A stretch of 64,000 nucleotides of DNA from an uncultured Bacteroidota bacterium (GTDB taxonomy: Bacteria > Bacteroidota > Bacteroidia > Bacteroidales > VadinHA17): NCBI GenBank assembly GCA_903824785.1, contig CAIJYD010000078.1, forward strand, positions 37,365 to 101,364. The letters are read 5' to 3'. The position numbers and the translations under genes were made by a program. This document shows positions 49,954 to 59,487 of this stretch, piece by piece. How positions within the stretch are numbered: position 1 is the first letter of the stretch; every line of letters begins with the position of its first letter. The notes under the pieces are model-generated. The model was not told the DNA's origin. It worked only from the letters and a program-made list of their open reading frames with translations, and ran no database searches.

Positions 49954-50694
49954 ATGAAAAGAGTGATCTATGTTTTTGCAGCATTGCTGGTATTTCTGAT
50001 TACAGAAAATAATGCAAGTTGCCAGGGGAGTAAGTTAACCGATAATGTTCTCACTGCCAAAGAGGTTAAGGATGGGTGGAAACTTCTGTTTGATGGAAAA
50101 ACCACTGAAGGATGGATGAATGCAAAAAGCAGATCTTTCCCAAAAGCCGGTTGGGTTATATCTGACGGAGCATTCAGGATAACCCCTGAAAGCGGATCGG
50201 GTGGAGATATTGTAACAACCACTAAATACAGGGATTTCGAACTAAGTATTGATTTTATGTATGGTAAGGGAGCCAACAGCGGCATCAAATATTTTGTAGA
50301 TACTGATATAAATAACGGAGCTTTGGCATCTATTGGCTGCGAATATCAGATTATTGACGATAAAAACTATACTGAAGGCATACTGGATATTAAAGGCAGG
50401 CAGAATCTGGCAGCTCTTTATGATATTATTGCACCGGTAAACGTTGTTGATAACGGAGCTGATCACTGGAACACCGCAAAAATTATCGTAAGAGGAAGTC
50501 AGGTTCAGCAGTGGCTCAACGGCAAGAAGACAGTAGATTATGAAAGGGGCACTCAGGCATGGAGAGATATGGTTGCCTTAACAAAATTCAAAACATCTCC
50601 CGGATTTGGCGAGGTAACTGAAGGGCGCATTCTTCTTCAGGAGCATGGAGGTATTGCTTCATTTAAGAATATTAAGATACGGGCGATAAAATAA
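49954..50694 (+). CDS. secreted DUF1080 (3-keto-disaccharide hydrolase-like, concanavalin-type) protein
   Basis: 246 aa with a signal peptide. GWKLLFDGKTTEGW, YRDFELSIDF, EYQIIDD and GRILLQEHGGIASFKNIKIR follow the DUF1080 pattern. Confidence 0.75.
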   Translation: MKRVIYVFAALLVFLITENNASCQGSKLTDNVLTAKEVKDGWKLLFDGKTTEGWMNAKSRSFPKAGWVISDGAFRITPESGSGGDIVTTTKYRDFELSIDFMYGKGANSGIKYFVDTDINNGALASIGCEYQIIDDKNYTEGILDIKGRQNLAALYDIIAPVNVVDNGADHWNTAKIIVRGSQVQQWLNGKKTVDYERGTQAWRDMVALTKFKTSPGFGEVTEGRILLQEHGGIASFKNIKIRAIK

Positions 50695-50730
50695 GTGACG
50701 ACTCAGTGAGTCTGAATGCGATTGAATCAA

Positions 50731-50746
50731 AATGATAATAATCATT
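50731..50746. promoter_or_regulatory. AT-rich near-palindrome AATGATAATAATCATT (Fur-box-like) upstream of the lipocalin-like/TonB-receptor pair
   Basis: AATGAT-AATA-ATCATT at 50731-50746, flanked by TGAATG (50713-18) and CATTCA (50743-48). It resembles the GATAATGATAATCATTATC-type Fur operator. It lies 62 nt upstream of the ATG at 50808. Confidence 0.3.
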
Positions 50747-50807
50747 CAGCAGAATCAACAGGTATTAATATTGTAATATTGGCAAACAAACCTTAAAATT
50801 TCAGATC

Positions 50808-51212
50808 ATGAAGAACAGAGTATTGTTACTAATCATTGCAGTTTGTCTGATTATTTTTTCCTGTAAAAAATCCGGACAGTCTGAACGGTTTTTGCTTTTA
50901 ACAGCTCCAACATGGGGAAGCGATAGTCTCCTCGCAAACGGAGCCGATGCAAGCGGCCCTGACGGAATGCTGAAAAACTTTAAAGGAGAAGTAAAATTCA
51001 ATGAGGACCTTACAGGTAACTTCGGTGTCTATAAAGGAACCTGGCGATTTGCTTTTAATGAAACTCAGATTGTTCTTACAACTGACTCCCTTCCTATTCC
51101 TCTTACAACCAAAATTGCCGAGTTAACTCAATCCTCTCTGAAGATTACCACCAGCTATCCGAATCCGCTTGGGGTACAAACCAATATCAGGATGACATTT
51201 AAAGCCAGGTAA
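50808..51212 (+). CDS. small lipoprotein (lipocalin-like)
   Basis: 134 aa with the lipobox IIFSC. Its stop overlaps the receptor start (TAATG). Confidence 0.5.
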   Translation: MKNRVLLLIIAVCLIIFSCKKSGQSERFLLLTAPTWGSDSLLANGADASGPDGMLKNFKGEVKFNEDLTGNFGVYKGTWRFAFNETQIVLTTDSLPIPLTTKIAELTQSSLKITTSYPNPLGVQTNIRMTFKAR

Positions 51213-53461
51213 TGAGGTATATTCTTATTGTAATAACACTAATTCTTAGTCTGGCTTCAAATTCCGGTTTTGCCCAGGGTTTAATAAAAGGTAAGGTATT
51301 TGACTCCAATACTCTTGAACCACTTCACGGAGTTTACGTTATTTATCTGAAAAATCAGGGGACTATCACTGATGAGAAAGGGGTTTTTTATGTTAAAACC
51401 GATTCATCCGGATTTGATATTGCCTTCAAGTTCATTGGATACAAGCCTGCTGTTAAATCAGTTGTGACAACAAAAACTGATACCCTTGAATTGAATGTTG
51501 GTCTGGATATGGAGATTCAGGAGATAGGGCAGATTGTAGTAAGTGCAAATAAATCGGAGCAGAAAATTGCTGAACTGACTGTTTCAATGGATGTACTTAA
51601 GTCAGCCGATTTTTTAAAAACTCATATCACCGATGCCCAGGAACTGATAAATAAAACTCCCGGGATAGAGGTTCTTGACGGGCAGGCCTCCATCAGGGGA
51701 GGAAGCGGGTTCAGCTATGGTGCCGGAAGCAGGGTGCTTGCCCTTATCGACGGATTACCCGTTTTATCGCCCGATGCAGGAAGTATTAAATGGCAGTTTT
51801 TACCCCTTGAGAACATAGCCCAGATAGAAATTATCAAAGGGGCATCATCAGTTCTTTATGGCTCTTCTGCCCTGAACGGGATCATAAACTTTCGTACTGC
51901 CGATGCAACAAATATTCCTGACACAAGGTTCTTCGCCGAAACAGGAGTATATGGCAAGCCGAAAAACAGAAACTGGATCTGGGGAAATTCACCCCAACTA
52001 TTCACAACATTATCATTTTCTCACCTTCAGAAGATTGGAAAAACTGACGTGGGGTTCGCCATCAGTCTGTTAACCGATGAAGGATACAGGAAATTCAATG
52101 ATGAGAAACTCGGAAGGATCAGCCTCAACCTGAAACACCATAATGAAAAAGTCAAAGGGCTTGTCTATGGTCTGAATATCAACACCGGATATAACGCAAA
52201 GAGAGATTTCATCCTCTGGGAGAACGCGGAAAACGGAGCTCTGAAACAGGACACCTCAAGTGTTTCACTGCTTCATGGCAACTTTATTACACTCGACCCT
52301 TACCTGTCGTTTAATAATACCGGCCGTTTTAAACACGATCTGCGCATCAGGTTGCAGTCGACAAACAACAGATTTCCTGTCAGAGCGGGGAATAATTCGG
52401 ATGCATTATCATTCTATTCTGAATATCAGCTCTATTACAAACTTTCAGATCTATTGAACTTTACAGCAGGGCTATCGGAGAATTACATTAATATCGTTTC
52501 AGCATTTTATGGTGGACATGATGGAATCAACATTGCCGGCTTCACCCAGCTTGAAGCAAATCCTGTTCCCAGACTGAAACTTGTTGCCGGATTACGCGTT
52601 GAACAAAATGAACTTGATGGGAAAAAAGACAAAACTGTTCCTATTTTCAGAACAGGAATAAACTGGCAGGCAGCAGATTATACATTTCTCAGAGCTTCAT
52701 TCGGACAAGGTTACCGTTATCCTTCCATAGCCGAGAAATTTGCCTCGACCACCCTCGGATCAGTAAAGATCTACCCAAACCCTTTTGTCCATTCTGAATC
52801 GGGATGGAATGCCGAAGCTGGCATCAAGCAGGGAATTTTAATTGGAAAAACCAGTGGACAGGCCGATCTTTCTTTCTTCTTCTCACAGAACAATGAGCTT
52901 ATTGAATATGTTTTCAGTAATTATCCCGATCCTGTTACAGGAATATTTGATTTCGGTTTTCAGGCAACAAATGTAGAACAGTCAAGAGTTTATGGATATG
53001 AGCTGGAGTTTGCCCTCAACAGAGCAATTGGCGGCTTCAATACCTCTTTAAGCGGAGGATATACATATATTTACCCGGTTGAATTCAATCAGACAACTCA
53101 AAGAAATACTGATATTTACTTAAAATACAGAAGGAAACATTCAGCAAAAATCAGTATAAACAGTTCGTACCAAAAGTTTGATCTGGGGTTAACCCTTTTT
53201 GCCAAATCGAAATTATTGAATATCGATGATGTTTTTATCAATGAACTCACCAGGGAAAGTATCCTTCCCGGATTTTTTGACTACTGGCTTGAGAATAATA
53301 CGGGGTATTTTCTGATTGACGGAAACCTTGGATATAAAGTTAATAAAACCTTAACTCTTTCACTTGCAGTCAAAAACATCACCAATACTGAATATATGGG
53401 CCGTCCGGGTGATATTCAGCCTCAGCGAAATTTCAGTCTCCGTTTATCAGGTAAATTTTGA
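51212..53461 (+). CDS. TonB-dependent receptor (CarboxypepD_reg + plug + barrel; not SusC-sized)
   Basis: 749 aa with GLIKGKVFDSNTLEPLHGVYV, the plug region INKTPGIEVLDGQASIRGGSG...IDGLPV, and a C-terminal ...LSGKF. Confidence 0.85.
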   Translation: MRYILIVITLILSLASNSGFAQGLIKGKVFDSNTLEPLHGVYVIYLKNQGTITDEKGVFYVKTDSSGFDIAFKFIGYKPAVKSVVTTKTDTLELNVGLDMEIQEIGQIVVSANKSEQKIAELTVSMDVLKSADFLKTHITDAQELINKTPGIEVLDGQASIRGGSGFSYGAGSRVLALIDGLPVLSPDAGSIKWQFLPLENIAQIEIIKGASSVLYGSSALNGIINFRTADATNIPDTRFFAETGVYGKPKNRNWIWGNSPQLFTTLSFSHLQKIGKTDVGFAISLLTDEGYRKFNDEKLGRISLNLKHHNEKVKGLVYGLNINTGYNAKRDFILWENAENGALKQDTSSVSLLHGNFITLDPYLSFNNTGRFKHDLRIRLQSTNNRFPVRAGNNSDALSFYSEYQLYYKLSDLLNFTAGLSENYINIVSAFYGGHDGINIAGFTQLEANPVPRLKLVAGLRVEQNELDGKKDKTVPIFRTGINWQAADYTFLRASFGQGYRYPSIAEKFASTTLGSVKIYPNPFVHSESGWNAEAGIKQGILIGKTSGQADLSFFFSQNNELIEYVFSNYPDPVTGIFDFGFQATNVEQSRVYGYELEFALNRAIGGFNTSLSGGYTYIYPVEFNQTTQRNTDIYLKYRRKHSAKISINSSYQKFDLGLTLFAKSKLLNIDDVFINELTRESILPGFFDYWLENNTGYFLIDGNLGYKVNKTLTLSLAVKNITNTEYMGRPGDIQPQRNFSLRLSGKF

Positions 53462-53480
53462 ATTCTAAAAATATTCTGCC

Positions 53481-56400
53481 ATGAGATCATCCCTAATCAA
53501 ACAACTATCTATTCTTTTTGTACTTTTTTCCTCAGCAGTTATGTTGAATTCCTGCAAGAAGAATATTATCAATGAAGTCAAAGTGTCTGATTTTGAAACT
53601 CTTTCATCGCAGTTCGTTGAACCTCCCAGAGAATACACAACAGCTCCATTCTTTGTCTGGAATGCAGAAATAACCAAAGAAGAGATCGACAAGCACCTTC
53701 TCAGCTTTAAAAATGCCGGATCGTCACAGGTCATTATTCATCCCCGTCCCGGATTAATTACAGAATACCTCTCTGAAAACTGGTTCGAACTTTATAAGTA
53801 TACAGTTGAAAAAGGAAAAGAACTCGGAATGGATATATGGATCTACGACGAGAACTCATACCCAAGCGGTTTTGGTGGAGGACATGTTCCCGACGAAATG
53901 CCCGAGTCGTATAATCAGGGACAGGGTCTGAAAATGACCAAATTTGAAACACTTCCCGATACCTCCGATAAATACTACTTATGCCTGAACGAGGAGAATG
54001 GAAAATACACAGATATTACTCTTTCACTTTCAGGGGAAAAAGGGAAAAAAGGGAATTATGTTCTATTTTCGAAAACATATAACGGGAAGTCGGACTGGTA
54101 TGGTGGTTTCGCTTATGTAGACCTTCTTTATCCTGGTGTTACTCAGAAATTTATAAACATAACCATGTCCGGCTATGAGAAATATATTGGTACGGAATTC
54201 GGGAAAACGGTACCCGGAACATTTACCGATGAGCCACAGATAGGATCGCCGGGTGGCATTCGCTGGACCCCCGACCTGTTTGAAGTTTTCATGAAGCAAT
54301 GGAAATATGATCTCCGTACCTCTCTTCCCTCACTGTATGAAGAGACAGGCGACTGGAAAAAAGTGAGACATAATTATACGCAGACCCTCCTGCTGCTGTT
54401 CATCGAAAGATGGGCTAAGCCATGGTATGCCTATTGTGAAGGAAAAAATCTTAAGTTCACCGGCCACTACTGGGAACATGAATGGCCAAATATGCATCTA
54501 GGAGGCGATAATATGGCAATGTATGCCTGGCATCAGCTTCCCTCTGTAGATATGCTTTTCAACCAGTGGGATGACTCCACTGCCAGAGGCCAGTTCGGTA
54601 ACGTAAGGGCAATAAAAGAGCTGGCAAGCGCAGCAAATCAGACCGGCAGACAGAGAAAACTAAGTGAGACCTACGGAGGGTCAGGATGGGAACTCACATT
54701 TACTGACATGAAACGTAATGGCGACTGGGAATATGCCCTGGGAGTTAACCTTATGAACCAGCACCTTACCTATTTCACCATGGCAGGAGCCAGAAAATAT
54801 GACTACCCTCCTACTTTCGATTATCATGAACCATGGTGGGGTAATTACAAATATCTTAATAACCACTATGCACGGCTCTCATTGGCATTATCGGCCGGGA
54901 GACAGGTAAACGACATACTGGTTTTAGAACCGACAACCTCTGCATGGCTGTATGATTCTTATACACAGCCAGATAAAAAATGCAGCGAAATAGGGCAATC
55001 TTTCCAGTCTTTTGTAACAAAACTCGAGAAAAGCCAGGTGGAATATGATCTTGGATCCGAAAACATTCTCCGCGACAAGGGAAGCGTTTCAAAAGGCAAA
55101 CTGACAGTAGGGCAGGTCACATATTCAAGGGTAGTAATACCACCGATGACTGAGAATCTGGATCTTGCCACATTGAAACTGCTTAAAAAATTTGTATCAG
55201 AAGGGGGCTCACTAATTGCATTCTCTGTTCCGGCTCTTGTTGACGGCTCCCCAAATGATGAATTAAATAAACTGTTCAGCAATAAGTCAGGAAAGATTAT
55301 TATCGCCGGACAGCTGACCCCTGAAGTAATCTCAGAATATTTAACCGGTATAGATATCCGGTTTGAAGAGACCGAAGGAGGAGTACTCTATCATCATCGC
55401 AGAATGCTGGCCGACGGACAGTTGTTTTTTCTTGTAAACTCGAGCCTTACTCTGCCTCTCAAAGGTTCCCTGAAAACAACCGGAAAAGATGCTGTTGAAA
55501 TGAATACATTAACAGGAACCATTTACGGTTATCCCTGGAAACAGGATGGAGAAAAACTCGCGCTTTCCTATACCATTCCTCCTGCTGGCAGTATTTTGCT
55601 TTTTATCCCGTACAACAAAAAAACAGATTTTCCTGTTCCCGCAGTGCCTGAGAACTTCACCCCTCTTCAGGCCTCATCTCCTTTAGCTGTAACAAGGAAT
55701 GAAGAAAATGCAATAATGATCGATTTTTGTGACATAGAGCTAGGCAATGAGCAGTCGAAAGATCTGCATACATTTGATGCAGCCGATAAAATATTTAAAT
55801 ATTACGGATTTAAAAACGGTAATCCGTGGAACACTTCCGTACAGTTCAGGACCAACACGGTTGACAGAGATACCTTCCCCACGGGCTCGGGTTTCACTGC
55901 TTCTTATCATTTTACAATTAAAGGGAAATTTGATATGTCAGCGATGAAAGCTGTGGTTGAACGTACCGGTTTATGGACAGTTTCATTAAACGGTGTTGAA
56001 ATAAAACCTGAAGAGGGCAAGTGGTGGCTCGACAGGTCGTTCGGTGTCTTCAATATCGGTAGTCTGATCAGAACAGGAGATAATACCTTAACACTTAAAG
56101 CCTCTCCAATGAAGATCCACGCAGAGGTTGAGCCGGTATATATTACAGGTGATTTCTCAGTGAAGCCGGCAGAAAAAGGATGGGTAATTGAACCACCTGT
56201 TCCGGTTTACACAACAGGTAGCTGGAAGAGTCAGGGTTTGCCATTCTATTCATGGGGAGTCACTTACAGCAAAGAGTTCAGTATTGACAAAGCTGAAGGA
56301 AAATGGGATATTGCACTTGGAAACTGGAGCGGAACCGTTGCGGAAGTTCTGGTAAATGGTCATCCGGCTGTTGCAATTGCTTTCCCCCCATACCGTACGG

Positions 56401-56618
56401 ATGTTACCGGATTAATCAAACCCGGAAAAAATATAATTGAAGTCAAGGTTATTGGAAGTCTTAAGAATCTGCTGGGGCCGCATCATAATAATATCAAGCC
56501 CGGGCTGGCAGCACCACCTGCATGGAGGAATATTAAAACATATCCCTCAGGAAAGGATTACCAGATGCTCGACTATGGGCTTTTTGATGACTTTATATTA
56601 TATAGAGGAGAAAAATAA
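53481..56618 (+). CDS. large secreted glycoside-hydrolase-like protein (possibly GH106/rhamnosidase-like family)
   Basis: 1045 aa with signal/lipobox LNSC. The N-terminal FVEPPREYTTAPFFVWNAEIT...IIHPRPGL pattern recalls the 'glycosyl hydrolase' family that includes GH106. The assignment is tentative. Confidence 0.4.
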   Translation: MRSSLIKQLSILFVLFSSAVMLNSCKKNIINEVKVSDFETLSSQFVEPPREYTTAPFFVWNAEITKEEIDKHLLSFKNAGSSQVIIHPRPGLITEYLSENWFELYKYTVEKGKELGMDIWIYDENSYPSGFGGGHVPDEMPESYNQGQGLKMTKFETLPDTSDKYYLCLNEENGKYTDITLSLSGEKGKKGNYVLFSKTYNGKSDWYGGFAYVDLLYPGVTQKFINITMSGYEKYIGTEFGKTVPGTFTDEPQIGSPGGIRWTPDLFEVFMKQWKYDLRTSLPSLYEETGDWKKVRHNYTQTLLLLFIERWAKPWYAYCEGKNLKFTGHYWEHEWPNMHLGGDNMAMYAWHQLPSVDMLFNQWDDSTARGQFGNVRAIKELASAANQTGRQRKLSETYGGSGWELTFTDMKRNGDWEYALGVNLMNQHLTYFTMAGARKYDYPPTFDYHEPWWGNYKYLNNHYARLSLALSAGRQVNDILVLEPTTSAWLYDSYTQPDKKCSEIGQSFQSFVTKLEKSQVEYDLGSENILRDKGSVSKGKLTVGQVTYSRVVIPPMTENLDLATLKLLKKFVSEGGSLIAFSVPALVDGSPNDELNKLFSNKSGKIIIAGQLTPEVISEYLTGIDIRFEETEGGVLYHHRRMLADGQLFFLVNSSLTLPLKGSLKTTGKDAVEMNTLTGTIYGYPWKQDGEKLALSYTIPPAGSILLFIPYNKKTDFPVPAVPENFTPLQASSPLAVTRNEENAIMIDFCDIELGNEQSKDLHTFDAADKIFKYYGFKNGNPWNTSVQFRTNTVDRDTFPTGSGFTASYHFTIKGKFDMSAMKAVVERTGLWTVSLNGVEIKPEEGKWWLDRSFGVFNIGSLIRTGDNTLTLKASPMKIHAEVEPVYITGDFSVKPAEKGWVIEPPVPVYTTGSWKSQGLPFYSWGVTYSKEFSIDKAEGKWDIALGNWSGTVAEVLVNGHPAVAIAFPPYRTDVTGLIKPGKNIIEVKVIGSLKNLLGPHHNNIKPGLAAPPAWRNIKTYPSGKDYQMLDYGLFDDFILYRGEK

Positions 56619-56619
56619 A

Positions 56620-56654
56620 GGCGTGAGGTGTGAGGCGTTAGGTGTGAGGCGAGC
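56620..56654 (+). repeat. 14-nt GC-rich tandem repeat, about 2.5 copies (GGCGTGAGGTGTGA / GGCGTTAGGTGTGA / GGCGAGC)
   Basis: Read directly from the sequence, starting 2 nt after the stop codon of the 1045-aa gene. It is not palindromic. Confidence 0.6.
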
Positions 56655-56882
56655 ATAACAGTCCATTTTCGAATACTATACGACTATACACTCCAATTAA
56701 CTTACAATCAATATACTATTTTAGACCTATTGCACGAATCAAATATTTCTATACATTTGAACAATTTTATTTTTTGTTTTTTAAGCTTATCGGAAATTTT
56801 AAACCTATGTTATTTTAAATGGGGGAATGGAGTACAGTTTGTACAATAATCCCGCTGAAACTAAAACTTAAAACTTACACCT

Positions 56883-58502
56883 ATGAAAAAAATTTTATCT
56901 CTTGCTGCTTCTCTGCTTATTACCGGCAGTCTGCTTGCGGGTGGGTTGGTTACAAACACAAACCAGAGCGCCTTGTTCACACGTCTTCAGAACCGCAATG
57001 CCTCAACCGGTATTGATGCTGTCTATTTTAACCCTGCAGGCTTAACCAAGCTTGGTGACGGTTTTTTTGTTTCACTAAACAATCAGACTATTGGTCAGAA
57101 AAAAACTATAAACAATAATTACACATACCTTTCAGGGTCGCCGAAAGATTATATCGGGGATGTAAGTGCTCCTGCATATCCCGGTGTTTATGTTGCTTTT
57201 AATAAAGGTAAACTTTCACTATCGGCAGGATTTAACCCTATCGGCGGTGGCGGTGGTGCCAAATATAATAAAGGATTACCTTCATTCGAACTGAGTATTG
57301 CCGACATTGTACCGGGTCTGGCAAGCCAGGGAATCCCAACCTCGCAGTATTCTGCTGATATCTTCTTTGAAGGATCTTCAGTATATTTCGGTTATCAGGC
57401 AAACGTTGGCTATAAGGTAAGTGAAAAACTATCTTTAGCAGCAGGTGTAAGGCTGGTTTCAGCTGCAAACACCTATAGCGGTTATCTGAAAAGTATCAGT
57501 ATCAACCCAACATATCCTGCTTTTGGAGCAGCATATGCAGGTTCAATGGTACTTGCCAGCAGCTTTTTTACCTCCGGGGCAGCTTTCCTCAATGGATTAG
57601 CAGCAAGTGCAACTTCTGCTTCAGCGGGTTTAACAACTGCTATTACTGGTGGAGTTCCTGCAGGAACCCCTCTTAGCGCTATGCCTCCTGCTACAGTTGC
57701 CGGTGTTACTCAATTACTTGGAGCTGCCGGGATTAGTGCTGCTGGCATGAATATCGGAACCGCTGCTGCAACTCTTGCAGCTGTTGCCCCAGCCTTTACC
57801 GCTAAAGGCACTGCTATGACTGCCAATGCAGCAGCAACACAGGACATTCAGGTTGATGCTGAAGAGTCAGGAATGGGCTATACCCCCCTCATCAGTGCAA
57901 ACTATTCTCCTTCTGAAAAGCTGAATATCTCTCTTAGATATGAGTTCCATACCAAACTTGAACTTAAAACAAAAGTTAACAATAATATGAGTGGCGGTAT
58001 CTTCGTTGACGGTGAAAAAGTTGTTGCCGACATGCCTGCATTGTTAGCAATCGGAGCAGAATTCAAACCAATGTCAAAACTTATGATTGCTGCAAGCATG
58101 AATATGTATTTCGACAAAAAAACCGATTATGATGGCAGCAGCGCATTACCTAACATTAATATGATAGATAAGAATTTCCTGGAGTATGGTCTTGGTGTTG
58201 AATATGGCCTCTCAGAGAAACTGCGTGCCAGTGCAGGTTGGGTAGCTACAGCAACAGGCGTTAATGACGCATACCAGAACGACCAGAGATACAGCACAAA
58301 TACCAACTCATTTGGTGCAGGTATCGGTTACCGCATTACCCCAAAAATCGATCTGAACCTTGGCGGACAGTACACATTCTATGCTGAAGGATCAAAAGAT
58401 TTCAACCACATGCTTGGAGCTAATCCAATTCCTGTAACAGAAGTTTACAATAAAAATACATGGCTTGTAGGCGTAGGAGTTGATTTCTACTTCGGAAAAT
58501 AA
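56883..58502 (+). CDS. FadL/OMPP1-like outer-membrane transport beta-barrel with an Ala/Gly/Thr-rich insertion
   Basis: 539 aa with a signal peptide. The N-terminal NQSALFTRLQNRNASTGIDAVYFNPAGL is FadL-family-like, and alternating beta-strand patterns are visible. A TAcaTTTG box lies at 56752-56759. Confidence 0.6.
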   Translation: MKKILSLAASLLITGSLLAGGLVTNTNQSALFTRLQNRNASTGIDAVYFNPAGLTKLGDGFFVSLNNQTIGQKKTINNNYTYLSGSPKDYIGDVSAPAYPGVYVAFNKGKLSLSAGFNPIGGGGGAKYNKGLPSFELSIADIVPGLASQGIPTSQYSADIFFEGSSVYFGYQANVGYKVSEKLSLAAGVRLVSAANTYSGYLKSISINPTYPAFGAAYAGSMVLASSFFTSGAAFLNGLAASATSASAGLTTAITGGVPAGTPLSAMPPATVAGVTQLLGAAGISAAGMNIGTAAATLAAVAPAFTAKGTAMTANAAATQDIQVDAEESGMGYTPLISANYSPSEKLNISLRYEFHTKLELKTKVNNNMSGGIFVDGEKVVADMPALLAIGAEFKPMSKLMIAASMNMYFDKKTDYDGSSALPNINMIDKNFLEYGLGVEYGLSEKLRASAGWVATATGVNDAYQNDQRYSTNTNSFGAGIGYRITPKIDLNLGGQYTFYAEGSKDFNHMLGANPIPVTEVYNKNTWLVGVGVDFYFGK

Positions 58503-58525
58503 TAAAAAATTGTTTTTTATAAGAA

Positions 58526-58555
58526 GGCTGGCTCGTTTGAGTCAGCCTTTTTTTT
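58526..58555 (+). terminator. intrinsic terminator after the FadL-like gene
   Basis: GGCTGGCTC-gtt-TGAGTCAGCC, a 9-bp stem with one G-U pair, followed by TTTTTTTT (58548-58555). Confidence 0.8.
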
Positions 58556-58585
58556 ATGCCCGAATACCCGTTTAGTTTTGGCTTA

Positions 58586-59275
58586 TCAGAACTTTATCCC
58601 TCTTGAATTCAGGTTCTTTACATATAGCTGAAGCCGCGGAGCTTCTGATAAAACCATTTTCCTGTACCACTCCTCTGCTCCGGCCTTATCACCTGTCTCA
58701 AGGGAAAGTGTAATAATGTCAGTATAAAGAGCTCCTTTAATTCCATTCTCTGATGAAGGCAGAGATTCAACTATCTTTTTATACAAGGTAATAGCCCTTA
58801 AAATCTCGCCATTCTCTGCAATCGACAATGCTTCGTCAATCTTTGAATTCAAATCAACATCCAGAGTAACCCCGTAAAATGAGAAACAGTTATCGCTGCA
58901 TTCTTCAATAAGATCAACCCATTTTGTGCCTGTTTTCAAAGGAGGAAATTCAAGCGTAAACTGAAGCTTTTCACCAATCATCTTAAACTTATAACTTTCA
59001 GGGCATTGAGGTATCCCTGTAGCCTTTTTCAATTTCAGCCTTGCCCCTTCTGAATCCATTAACCAGATATTTTTATCGGCACAAAAGGCTCCTCCGGTCA
59101 GACGATTCTCTATTGCAAGAGAGATAACTGTCTTCTCCGGGGTTAAAACTATCTTCGAAATCGTGAGTGTCTCGTGGCTCTTCAAACCATAATCCGGTTG
59201 CACAACTGTCTGTGAATGAATATGAGTGCTGCATATCATCAGCAATACAACTATCCCTGCTTTCTTAATCTCCAT
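58586..59275 (-). CDS. secreted hypothetical protein (Cys-containing beta-rich N-domain, TPR-like C-terminus)
   Basis: 229 aa with a signal peptide. I did not recognise any family. Confidence 0.5.
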   Translation of the reverse strand: MEIKKAGIVVLLMICSTHIHSQTVVQPDYGLKSHETLTISKIVLTPEKTVISLAIENRLTGGAFCADKNIWLMDSEGARLKLKKATGIPQCPESYKFKMIGEKLQFTLEFPPLKTGTKWVDLIEECSDNCFSFYGVTLDVDLNSKIDEALSIAENGEILRAITLYKKIVESLPSSENGIKGALYTDIITLSLETGDKAGAEEWYRKMVLSEAPRLQLYVKNLNSRGIKF

Positions 59276-59487
59276 TTCATTAAATATTTGAAAGGCAAGT
59301 TACAAATAAAAACACAATCTGCTGTTTATAAACGATTGACAGACGCCCGTGATGTTACATTAATAATACAACAGTCCGGTTCCTGTAACATTGTTGTAAT
59401 CTATTATTAACCACTCCTTAACTTACAGGTAACAATATTAAAAGATTTTTGTAACGGCAAACTATACGAACAAAACTAAGTTAAAAA

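Noticed and set aside
56620-56654. GC-rich tandem repeat as a possible CRISPR or mini-array
   Set aside because: The units are only 14 nt and directly abutting with no spacers. There are about 2.5 copies and no cas genes.
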